From Kiritimatiellia bacterium (lineage in GTDB: Bacteria > Verrucomicrobiota > Kiritimatiellia > RFP12 > JAAYLN01), in assembly GCA_017962605.1 (NCBI GenBank), contig JAGCUY010000070.1, positions 2,095-66,094 on the forward strand: a DNA stretch of 64,000 bases, written 5' to 3'. Below are positions 18,231-26,417 of the stretch, in pieces. The notes under the pieces were generated by a model, which was not told the DNA's origin, made no database searches, and was given only the letters and a program-made list of their open reading frames with translations. Each line of letters starts with the position of its first letter. Position 1 is the first letter of the stretch. A program made the translations under genes and the position numbers.

Positions 18231-20069
18231 CTATAGGTCTCCATAAATGCCGAAATTGCTACCAGATTTTTCTTTGCAATAGTAGTCTTGAATCTCTACC
18301 CTTGTTAATCCCTTGAAAGAGCCATAGTAGCTAAATGGCGCTCCATAGTACCCTCGTTTAATTGTCAAGGTCGTGCTGTCGTTTACGGAAAGGTCTTTGT
18401 TGCCATTATCGCAGTCTATCGCCGGAGTTGCGGGATGCTGTTTCCGCCACTCTCTCTTCATGGCCTTTTTCGCCAGTTTCAGAACAGAGTTGCGTGTTCT
18501 ATCGAGGTTTTTAAGTTGAGACACTACTGAAGGACAAGACGAAATGTGGGGCAGAAATACCGCCAGCCAACTTCTGGCAAATCTTGCATTAGCCGGACGA
18601 TCAATCCTTCCCACGCCAATGGCTGTTAGACGCAATTGGAAAACCTTGAAGAGGTCATACCAGGTAAATCCATTCCTAAACTGGGATTGCGCGTCTTTGA
18701 GCATACGAGTAAGTCGCGTCTTTTCCATGTACATTTTATCCTGATGCTTTTTTATAGTTTCCTTTTTTATGCGGACTGCTCCATCATATCGTATCTGATG
18801 GCCCAGAAAACTAATCCATGGCGTACCAGGGCGTCCTAATCCAGTCTCCTTCCAGGCAATGGGGCCTTTTGATTTTTCGGTGAAGTACGCCGATGAATAC
18901 CTCGCACTTTTAGCTATGGGGTGTGTCGGTAGTTTTAATCGTTTCACAGCATCCAAATACCTGTCAAGAGCCTCCTTGCACTTCTTTTTTTCGGGATGTA
19001 CGATAATTATGTCATCGCAAAATCTTGCATAAAACAAGTTCTCATCTGCATCAGCCATAACAGCGCGGTCGGCTTCATCCATGACGATGTTAGCCAAAAG
19101 TGGTGAAAGCGCACCGCCTTGCGGAATCCCTATTTCATGTGGATTCACATCTTCGTCCCCATAAACTGATTGCAGGACACTAATCGGCACACGATCTACA
19201 CACTCGCGCTTAGCAATGATTTCCGGGTCTTCGTATTCGTCAAGATTGCGTGGAAATGCGTAAACATTCAAATATGCTTCAAGCACTTTCCGAGCGCGGT
19301 TGTCAACACCTTGCGGGGCACGGGCGGAAAAAATGTCGAAAGCTCGCCTAATTATATCGTGGTTGATTACGTCAAAGAACTTTTGAATATCGCAATCTGC
19401 CACATAGAGAGTTTGGTTCGTAAAGCGTTTTCTATATTCGATAAGATTGTTTATGGCCGTATGGATGGAATACTTTTTCCCGTTGCGGCGAAAAGCATAG
19501 CAACAGTTCAGCAAATGTGAATCAAAAACATTCCGAAGATATGCGGCAGTTTTTGAAAGAATTACCCGATCTTTTGAATCGGTAAAACACGACAGGCATC
19601 GGTATGAAGATTTCTTGTTCTCTTCGTCCATCGTTTTTACACGTCCTGTATTCTTCCGAATCAACATCAACTCAGGCCTTCTAAATGCGAATTCGCCGAT
19701 GGTTATAGTTTTTTGTATGTCCATGGCAAATGCAACCAGATTTCTGCCCCATTGGGAGTCTTTGAGCTTTCCGGCTTTCAGCATTCCAGAAATAACGCGA
19801 ATGATTGACAATGTGGCAACATCATTTTGCGATAAACCTTTTCGGGCTTCTTTGCCGCCCCGTCGCCACAGACGGCGCGGCGGAAGCATCTTAGTAATGG
19901 ATTCTTCACTTATCTTACTCTTGGGTTCAAGTTCCTTTCCGGCGTCATCGTGCAAAACCAGCCGGTCCCAATACATATGGTATCTATGGCGTGAAGAGGC
20001 AATACGAGTCCGCAAGGCGCACAGCACCTTTACGATGTCATCAAAACTGAAATACTGCTCAAAATCCAT
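18231..20069 (-). CDS. reverse transcriptase (612 aa) with long N- and C-terminal extensions; not intron/retron/DGR-like in context
   Basis: RT motifs 1-2 (CCYAFRRNGKK ... YVADCDIQKFFDVINHD), 4 (IGIPQGGALSPLLANIVMDEAD), 5 (YARFCDDIIIV = YxDD box), 7 (ISFLGHQIRYDG). About 190 aa precede motif 1 and about 200 aa follow the thumb. Low-GC. Confidence 0.8.
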   Translation of the reverse strand: MDFEQYFSFDDIVKVLCALRTRIASSRHRYHMYWDRLVLHDDAGKELEPKSKISEESITKMLPPRRLWRRGGKEARKGLSQNDVATLSIIRVISGMLKAGKLKDSQWGRNLVAFAMDIQKTITIGEFAFRRPELMLIRKNTGRVKTMDEENKKSSYRCLSCFTDSKDRVILSKTAAYLRNVFDSHLLNCCYAFRRNGKKYSIHTAINNLIEYRKRFTNQTLYVADCDIQKFFDVINHDIIRRAFDIFSARAPQGVDNRARKVLEAYLNVYAFPRNLDEYEDPEIIAKRECVDRVPISVLQSVYGDEDVNPHEIGIPQGGALSPLLANIVMDEADRAVMADADENLFYARFCDDIIIVHPEKKKCKEALDRYLDAVKRLKLPTHPIAKSARYSSAYFTEKSKGPIAWKETGLGRPGTPWISFLGHQIRYDGAVRIKKETIKKHQDKMYMEKTRLTRMLKDAQSQFRNGFTWYDLFKVFQLRLTAIGVGRIDRPANARFARSWLAVFLPHISSCPSVVSQLKNLDRTRNSVLKLAKKAMKREWRKQHPATPAIDCDNGNKDLSVNDSTTLTIKRGYYGAPFSYYGSFKGLTRVEIQDYYCKEKSGSNFGIYGDL

Positions 20070-20222
20070 AGGAGAAAAAAAGGAGGCGGCGTCGCGGAAT
20101 TCTACCTAGTTGGCCGCTTTGCGCCCTTTAGGGCGCAGGAATTTGACGCGGGGAACCAATTGGCCTGCAAGCCCCGCCAGAATCACGGTCGTTAGCCGTG
20201 CGCGACGCGCGCCTCCATAAAA
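20070..20222 (-). ncRNA. candidate structured non-coding RNA / regulatory leader immediately upstream of the RT gene
   Basis: 153-nt spacer that is GC-rich inside an AT-rich island. Contains a perfect hairpin TGCGCCC-TTTA-GGGCGCA (about 20119-20136) and further GC palindromes (GCGCGACGCGCGC). No ORF. Confidence 0.25.
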
Positions 20223-22925
20223 TCATTTCACAACCTCCAATGTGACAGCCTTCCACCCAACGCGATCCTTGAGCTTGTCGTAGGATTTCACCGCTACGCC
20301 TCCGATTTCCGTGCCATTTGTTAAGTCCTGAATAAGGCTTTGTGGCACGAAAATATCTTTTGAGTCGCCTGTTCTGTTGCGAACGAAACCATAGTTACGG
20401 CCTTCGGGCCTGTTGAATGTCCCGGAATAAAACATGCCGAAAGAAGGGAACCCTTCGTACTTGACATTTATTATTTCAAGAATATATGATTTGCCGCTTT
20501 TTGCGCTTCTTTCAAGAGCCAATTCGCATACCGTTCCGCTAGGCATGTTAGCCAGACATGGAAGCTTTGCCCAGTCACCTGTGCATGTTTCGCCATTGTT
20601 GCCGATTGTAAACTCTGAACGCCCACGACGTTTGTCTTGATAAGATAGAATGGCAATCTGCTTGGGGTAAATGTCCCATGGGACTCCCTCCTCTCTTTTC
20701 TCAACCTTGAGGACTCGTAGCCGTTCGCCAACCACTTCCGTCCAGATTTTCACGGGCATTCCTGGCGTAGCCATGCCAAGTACGGGAAATCGTCTTGTTT
20801 CAACGCGAACTTCGGTTGAATTTCCAAAATCTGCAAAAATCTTGGCAATTTTCTCATTGCGTTCCTTGTCAACATAGCATGTCATGAGAACGGCATTAAT
20901 GAAAGGCTGGCCGGCAAACGCGATTTCATCTGCCTTGGCCGCAAACTCATGGTACACGTCTTCATTACTATTTGTTGGAGTTGGATCGGTGGTAAACCGC
21001 ATCTTCTCGCCATCTGGAATTGCCTTTATTGTAACCAACTGTTTTTTTAGCAATTCGTCTTTTTTTTGCCGGAGTTGGTAGAGACTCCATTTTTTTGCGG
21101 TTCGGATCTCTTTTACAATCCTCAATTCACATAGAGCCTCAGGTATTTTTCCCATTTCAATGAAGGCGTCAGCAAGCATTTCATGGACGCCTACAAGATA
21201 CGAACTGTCTTTTGCCGGACAAAGCGCTGCGCGGCAAAGGCAGGCAAAGAATTTCTCCCTGTCATCGTGAAATGTTTCGGCAAGAAGTTGCCAAGTCCAA
21301 AACTGAGCCGATTTTTTGCGAGTTATTTTCGCTATATACTCTCTGGCCTTGACGGATTCGCCGCTTTCAACAAGCAGTTTTCCATAATAGAATGGAAACC
21401 ATTCCTGCGAAGGGTATCTTTCCATGGCCATCCTGATGAAATCCAATATCCATTTGTGGCCTACCACGAACGCAAGGTTTTCACTACGGCCTTTTTGTTT
21501 TGCACACTTATAAAGCAATCCTACTACAGTTTCAACAAGAGAAGGAAATGATTTGTTCGGATTGTCTTTCGGGATGAACGGCGCGTAATCTTCTTCGGCG
21601 AAATTGGAGACATCCCAATTTTTGACAAAATGGAGGAATTGAATGGCCAATTGTTCTTGGATATTCTCACCCGCAGCCTTTACTATCTTTGCATAGATTC
21701 GCAGATATTGCGAATAGGCAACCGAAGGCTTCGGAACGGCCGAGCAGCAATTCACCAAATTGAAACCTTCGACGACGCAATTTGTGACGGCATCTTCCTG
21801 CCCGTTCTTTTCTCGTCCCTCTGGGAAAACGTCATTGAGAATTTTCTTCAATGACGCAGGAGTCAAATCTGCCGCATTTGGATTCCAGCCTTTCTTCAAG
21901 GCTTCGTCTATTGTTCGATAAAGCGCCCAGATTGCACTGGTCTGGGCTTTCTCGCTTTCTGGGTTTAGCGGAATGGCGGCACAGTATTCCCTGAAGGCAC
22001 GGGGATAATCACCAAGCTTGTCACAGACAGAAGCCAATGCCATGTGTGCAAGGAAACTTGTTGGCTGTTCACTAATAAGCGATTCTGCCTTTGACAATGC
22101 TTCTGCCAGCGACTCCGGGTTTGCTGCCAATGCTTTTATTTCACCAGTCCCACTCAAAAACTGGTCAGCTTTTTTTAAGTCTATTGGTCTTGTCGCTTTG
22201 ACTTTGCTTTCTCCTGCGGCTTCCTCATTAAGAGAGAGGTTACGCATTTCGTTGGCAAAGAACTCGACTAGCTTTCGATTCTTAAGGTTTTCCATCGATT
22301 GTTTTAGGCAATCATGGAGCGTCCAAAACATATCTAGTTGGCATGAGGTATCATCACATTTATCAAGCAGTTTTGCCCTGCATTCCTCGAATTGTGCCGA
22401 AAGGTGTTCCTCGCTTGAAAGAGCCTCTGAGGCATAATGTTGAATCAGCTTTTTCAAAATCATGTCATATTCACTATCTCCAAGAGAAAGCCCTTGAAGG
22501 ATAGAGACGAATCTTTCTCGCGTTTTCTGAAGAGTTTCTTTTTGTGTTTTTCCAAGAACATGTAGAGACTTAAGGGCGGCGATTGCGTTGCATCCAGCCC
22601 AGCCAACTGCGCTCGCATTTTTAGCGGTGTCGAGATTGTAGAGGTCGCAGGCCATCAGGAACGCTATAATGCGACATGATTGCAATTCAATATTGTCAGA
22701 GCCACAAGTAGTAATTGCAGCTTTTGCCTCCCGTCTTATGGCCGTGCAAACCTTGAATGCATCCTGACGGTTCGCTGCTGCATATGTTATCCATGACTTT
22801 TGCACTTCATCAGCATAGATCCCATTCAAGGCTGCAATGACATCTACGTCTTTGCGCGTCGCAAGGCCGGAAGCTAGCAACTGCTGCAAATCATCTAGTT
22901 TCCATGTTGTCGTGAAGGTTGCCAT
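20223..22925 (-). CDS. 900-aa alpha-helical (TPR-like) protein with C-terminal cold-shock-domain-like OB fold
   Basis: Mostly helical, repeat-like N-terminal 650 aa. C-terminus NYGFVRNRTGDSKDIFVPQSLIQDLTNGTEIGGVAVKSYDKLKDRVGWKAV parallels the CspA RNP1/RNP2 motifs (KGFGFI ... DVFVHFSAI). No nucleotide-binding motifs. Low-GC. Confidence 0.45.
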   Translation of the reverse strand: MATFTTTWKLDDLQQLLASGLATRKDVDVIAALNGIYADEVQKSWITYAAANRQDAFKVCTAIRREAKAAITTCGSDNIELQSCRIIAFLMACDLYNLDTAKNASAVGWAGCNAIAALKSLHVLGKTQKETLQKTRERFVSILQGLSLGDSEYDMILKKLIQHYASEALSSEEHLSAQFEECRAKLLDKCDDTSCQLDMFWTLHDCLKQSMENLKNRKLVEFFANEMRNLSLNEEAAGESKVKATRPIDLKKADQFLSGTGEIKALAANPESLAEALSKAESLISEQPTSFLAHMALASVCDKLGDYPRAFREYCAAIPLNPESEKAQTSAIWALYRTIDEALKKGWNPNAADLTPASLKKILNDVFPEGREKNGQEDAVTNCVVEGFNLVNCCSAVPKPSVAYSQYLRIYAKIVKAAGENIQEQLAIQFLHFVKNWDVSNFAEEDYAPFIPKDNPNKSFPSLVETVVGLLYKCAKQKGRSENLAFVVGHKWILDFIRMAMERYPSQEWFPFYYGKLLVESGESVKAREYIAKITRKKSAQFWTWQLLAETFHDDREKFFACLCRAALCPAKDSSYLVGVHEMLADAFIEMGKIPEALCELRIVKEIRTAKKWSLYQLRQKKDELLKKQLVTIKAIPDGEKMRFTTDPTPTNSNEDVYHEFAAKADEIAFAGQPFINAVLMTCYVDKERNEKIAKIFADFGNSTEVRVETRRFPVLGMATPGMPVKIWTEVVGERLRVLKVEKREEGVPWDIYPKQIAILSYQDKRRGRSEFTIGNNGETCTGDWAKLPCLANMPSGTVCELALERSAKSGKSYILEIINVKYEGFPSFGMFYSGTFNRPEGRNYGFVRNRTGDSKDIFVPQSLIQDLTNGTEIGGVAVKSYDKLKDRVGWKAVTLEVVK

Positions 22926-22961
22926 GTCAATCTCCGGTTATTGTCATTCAATTTGCAATTG

Positions 22962-24170
22962 CTAACCCTCAAAAACTAATCGTATCTTCGGACTTGGGCG
23001 TATACATTTTTCATACGGACGTGGGATGTCAATATCGCTCCCCTCAAAAAAACGTTTCACGTGGTCAACTATCTGACAACGTCTAAACTTCGCATCATCT
23101 CGTTCCAATGAACCATCACCTATGTCCCCGCTATAAGGGTGAAAGGTATTTAAATGGCCATTTTCATCACAGATATCAAGGCCTTCGGGAATCCTCATTG
23201 AGTAAATGCCGCCAACAATTGCACGGTTGTGAAACGTATGCGTCCTCCTAGAGTTATAATCCTTTTTGAGTAGCAAAACACGTATCAACAAACCCATTGC
23301 ATTGTTGTGCCTTATTTTATTGGTTCTTCCCATTTCTTCAATCAGATTAATCACTTCTAAGGCTGAAAACTTTTCATATTCCACAGGGTATTTCGAGATT
23401 ATCGTCAGTTCCGTAATATCAGAATTTGACATAAATGGTTGCAACAACGCTTTTGAGGAATGCTTCCATCGGTTTTGATTGTCAATGTGTTCGGAAGTAT
23501 TATCATCATTAGGTTTCGCAATTGCGCTCCAGTACCGGTCGGCAAGCACTACTTGTCCTTCTGCTGCGGCACAAAAAGCATTCATATAGTCATAAAAAGA
23601 GTTTTTGGAACTATCATCATATGTTTGTTCTCCTATCCATTTTTTACGCAATATTTCTGTATCACTTTCTTCATAGTTATCTATTGATTCACAGACGAAA
23701 GATTGTCGTAAGTTGTTTATTGATAACCCTTCACTAAACTTGTCGGTTATTATAACGAAGCCCTTGATTTCTCGTGGGGTGGCAATACGCCGAGTATGTT
23801 TGGTCCATGCTTGGATACATTCTTTCAAATAGTCATTATCATCGCCCGTGGACTCGTTAATCGCTACTATATGTTTTCGATCTTCATAAAGGCTATCATA
23901 ATTTTTGAGAACGTTGCAAAGATTGCCAAAAAAGCCGCCTTCTTCTAGTTCGGCATATTCCTCCGCATATTGTTCTGCAATGGTCGTAATTAAAGCAAGA
24001 GGTTTGCGCGCTTTACTAAACTCGTCAAGAATGAGAATACCATTGGCTTCAATAGCATTGCGAAGATTGACAAGTCTGCTTTGAAGTTGTACGGCATACA
24101 CTATGTTATTCGCCGCCTTATCGATGCAACGGCGAATATGCATCCAATCTATGAGATACTGAACAATCAC
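22962..24170 (-). CDS. hypothetical 402-aa protein, partner of the adjacent ABC-type ATPase
   Basis: GTGA start/stop overlap with the upstream ATPase gene. Very AT-rich. No confident domain. C-terminal C-x-x-N-G-H...H...C...D-H region is a possible but unconvincing nuclease-like motif. Confidence 0.4.
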   Translation of the reverse strand: MIVQYLIDWMHIRRCIDKAANNIVYAVQLQSRLVNLRNAIEANGILILDEFSKARKPLALITTIAEQYAEEYAELEEGGFFGNLCNVLKNYDSLYEDRKHIVAINESTGDDNDYLKECIQAWTKHTRRIATPREIKGFVIITDKFSEGLSINNLRQSFVCESIDNYEESDTEILRKKWIGEQTYDDSSKNSFYDYMNAFCAAAEGQVVLADRYWSAIAKPNDDNTSEHIDNQNRWKHSSKALLQPFMSNSDITELTIISKYPVEYEKFSALEVINLIEEMGRTNKIRHNNAMGLLIRVLLLKKDYNSRRTHTFHNRAIVGGIYSMRIPEGLDICDENGHLNTFHPYSGDIGDGSLERDDAKFRRCQIVDHVKRFFEGSDIDIPRPYEKCIRPSPKIRLVFEG

Positions 24171-25228
24171 CTCACGCCCTCAATTCCGAAGAATTCATCG
24201 ACAACTCTTGTTCGAGCAGTAAAGAATCCACCCGGCCATCTCGTTCGATAGTTTCCATAGGAGTCGGTCTTTATCTCATCCACTATACTACCCTCTTCGG
24301 TTTTTGTAACATATAGCACGGAAAGGTCATCTGGCGTAATCGTTCCCATCCTAAGGAAGTTTTTTAGTTTCAAAGCCATTAGTTCGCTATGGCTCTCAAC
24401 AATAAGCTGTCTGTCTCGATTCTCATTAGCGGTCTTGAAAATGAAATTCATGAGACTGGATATTTGCCGCTCGTTGACATGGGATTCCGGCTCTTCAAGT
24501 GCAAAAAGATGTTTTTGCCCCGCCCTCCATTTGCAAAGGCTCAGTCCTGTCTCATACAATCCGTCTATCCCTGCTCCTGTATTGTCTCGCACGACAGTTA
24601 TACCAAAAGTTTTGTCTTTAAGTCTGCTAAAGTCAAGGGCCTCATAAGGGACATTTAGTTCCGAAAAAAACTCATTAACAAATTTGATTGCATCCGTCCC
24701 AAGAAGGAGTGCTTCGTCCAGACTCGTTTTTTTCGTTTCGTCGATTCTGGTCCGAATTGGACGAGCGGCTTCTTGGTGAATCATTTCTGGAACGCCATTG
24801 ACATACGGATCTTTCAAACTCTGATGAATACGTTTCCTCTCTTCAACATCGGTCGGCCTTTCATAAAAGCTATGGACAGCCCCTGAATATGGAGTTTCAT
24901 AGCCGATGTACTTTAGAGAATGTCCGTTTTCACTTTCTCGCCCTTCTTGCCTTGCAGAATACTCATATTTTGGGGAGTGTCCCAAAGAATCTGCGGATGT
25001 TGTTATCCTCAATTTGATTTCCAGATTTGTGTCGCCTGAAAAAACATACTCTTTAAAATTAGCACGAATGGCGGCTACTTCGTCGTTGCATATCATGCGC
25101 AACAATTGAAGGAAAGTGCTTTTCCCGGCGCTATTGTCACCAAAGATAAAGTTGATTCGCCGCAGAGAAAAATCTACTCCTGGGTCACCATAGCACTTGA
25201 AGTTTTTCAGTTGAATTCGCCTAATCAT
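24167..25228 (-). CDS. ABC-type (AAA_15/AAA_21, SMC-head-like) ATPase, defence-associated type
   Basis: MIRRIQLKNFKCYG N-terminus typical of the family. Walker A GDNSAGKST. Walker B/D-loop LFALEEPESHV ... LIVESHS. Likely start at 25228 (MIRR) rather than the track start at 25318. Confidence 0.65.
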   Translation of the reverse strand: MIRRIQLKNFKCYGDPGVDFSLRRINFIFGDNSAGKSTFLQLLRMICNDEVAAIRANFKEYVFSGDTNLEIKLRITTSADSLGHSPKYEYSARQEGRESENGHSLKYIGYETPYSGAVHSFYERPTDVEERKRIHQSLKDPYVNGVPEMIHQEAARPIRTRIDETKKTSLDEALLLGTDAIKFVNEFFSELNVPYEALDFSRLKDKTFGITVVRDNTGAGIDGLYETGLSLCKWRAGQKHLFALEEPESHVNERQISSLMNFIFKTANENRDRQLIVESHSELMALKLKNFLRMGTITPDDLSVLYVTKTEEGSIVDEIKTDSYGNYRTRWPGGFFTARTRVVDEFFGIEGVR

Positions 25229-25262
25229 GAGCAAACCTCTCCTCCAAAAACAAACGATAAGA

Positions 25263-26417
25263 TTATACCAAAAAATGGCTTTCTTTGATAAGGTCTGGAC
25301 ATCCGCAGACATCCGCAACTATTTCCCTGTTCCTCCACTTGATTCGTTGCAGGGGGAATGTGACAGGGGCGTTGCGCTTGGGGACAAGTGTTTCCACGGC
25401 TGTGAAGCCGGCGGCGGCAAGGCTTTTGCGGAGGTTCGACATGGTCTTGGTCAGGTCTTCCGCGAACTTCTCGTTGGAGAAGAGCGAACCCTCCTGGAAA
25501 GTGGCTATCCAGTCGCATTTGCCGGATGCATGGTTTTCCGTGCCATGCAGGGCGAGTAGTCGCCTATGGAGGTCACGGATAGGGCACCCGCCAGCAATCA
25601 AAAGGAGCGTCGCAAAGCATGGGCGGCTCATGGGGACTGTCGCCCCGTCGAGTGTCACCCAGCCATTCCATGCGTCGATTTCAATCTCAGGATAAACAAC
25701 GGCTGGCGGTGCGACTTCCTGAACCCGCGAAACAAGTGTTCCGTAATTTGGCGGCAGCGACTTGAACTTCTCCTGATACCACCCACGCATGCGCACATAC
25801 GGCACCTCGAACAGCTCGCTTTTCAGCGAAGCACCCGCATGACTCTTTCCCGTAAGCAGGGACTTGTAGCGCGTTCCCTTTTTGGGGAAGAAGAAGGGCG
25901 GCTCACTTCCACCCTCCAATGCTGGCGGCAGCAACACATGGTAAACCTTGTCGCAATCGCGGCCGAGAAGCGTCATGCAGGAAAACATGAGGGCGCTCAT
26001 TGTCTTTCGTCCGCCTGCAATCGATACGTGGAGTTCCGTCCCGCAATCCTCTGTGAATTGGCGTAGTTGCGAGAGCATGAAGTTTGCTGCGCGGAGATTG
26101 TCGTCGCCCGTCCTGAGATCGTCGATTTCGTTGCCATGCGCATCAGGGATGGCGCGAATGGATGCGCTCCCGAAAACGAGACGCCCTTCGACATCAAGCC
26201 CGCTCCGCTTCATGCAAGCCAACATGTCGTTCCAAACGCCCCCTTCGAGAAGCGCTTCGCAAAGACATCTCTTCCCGCTCTTCGTCGTGATGGCGACGAC
26301 CTCGTCAGGCACAACCGGAACATCACAATGGGCCAGCGCCCATGCGGTCTCCGTGAGAATCGACGGCGTCGTGCCAACAACGGCCACCAAAACTGCCTTC
26401 TTGTCCTTTTCCATCAC
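25263..26417 (-). CDS. CARF-domain protein (CRISPR-associated NE0113-like Rossmann sensor) with uncharacterised C-terminal domain
   Basis: Strand-1 motif VLVAVVGTTPSILTETAWAL and strand-4 motif LHVSIAGGRKTMSA match the two CARF signatures. 384 aa. GC-rich, host-like composition. Directly upstream of the AT-rich island on the same strand. Confidence 0.45.
   Translation of the reverse strand: MMEKDKKAVLVAVVGTTPSILTETAWALAHCDVPVVPDEVVAITTKSGKRCLCEALLEGGVWNDMLACMKRSGLDVEGRLVFGSASIRAIPDAHGNEIDDLRTGDDNLRAANFMLSQLRQFTEDCGTELHVSIAGGRKTMSALMFSCMTLLGRDCDKVYHVLLPPALEGGSEPPFFFPKKGTRYKSLLTGKSHAGASLKSELFEVPYVRMRGWYQEKFKSLPPNYGTLVSRVQEVAPPAVVYPEIEIDAWNGWVTLDGATVPMSRPCFATLLLIAGGCPIRDLHRRLLALHGTENHASGKCDWIATFQEGSLFSNEKFAEDLTKTMSNLRKSLAAAGFTAVETLVPKRNAPVTFPLQRIKWRNREIVADVCGCPDLIKESHFLV

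Noticed and set aside
18231-20069. RT as a group II intron, retron or DGR component
   Set aside because: No maturase/En domain and no intron domain V/VI-like structure after the ORF. The RT is much larger than retron/DGR RTs. No TR/VR repeat pair. A helicase follows within 2 nt, so the downstream RNA domains are absent.
22962-24170. HNH or TOPRIM nuclease assignment for the 402-aa ATPase partner
   Set aside because: Only a loose C..NGH..H...C..DH patch and an E...DDND patch were seen. Spacing does not fit either fold convincingly, so I left it as hypothetical.
16134-25262. Short direct repeats at the island edges (CTTTGATA-like at about 16150, reverse-complemented, and at about 25250) as att sites
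   Set aside because: Only an 8-10-bp imperfect match, and one copy is inverted. No integrase, transposase or tRNA at either boundary, so an integration signature is not supported.
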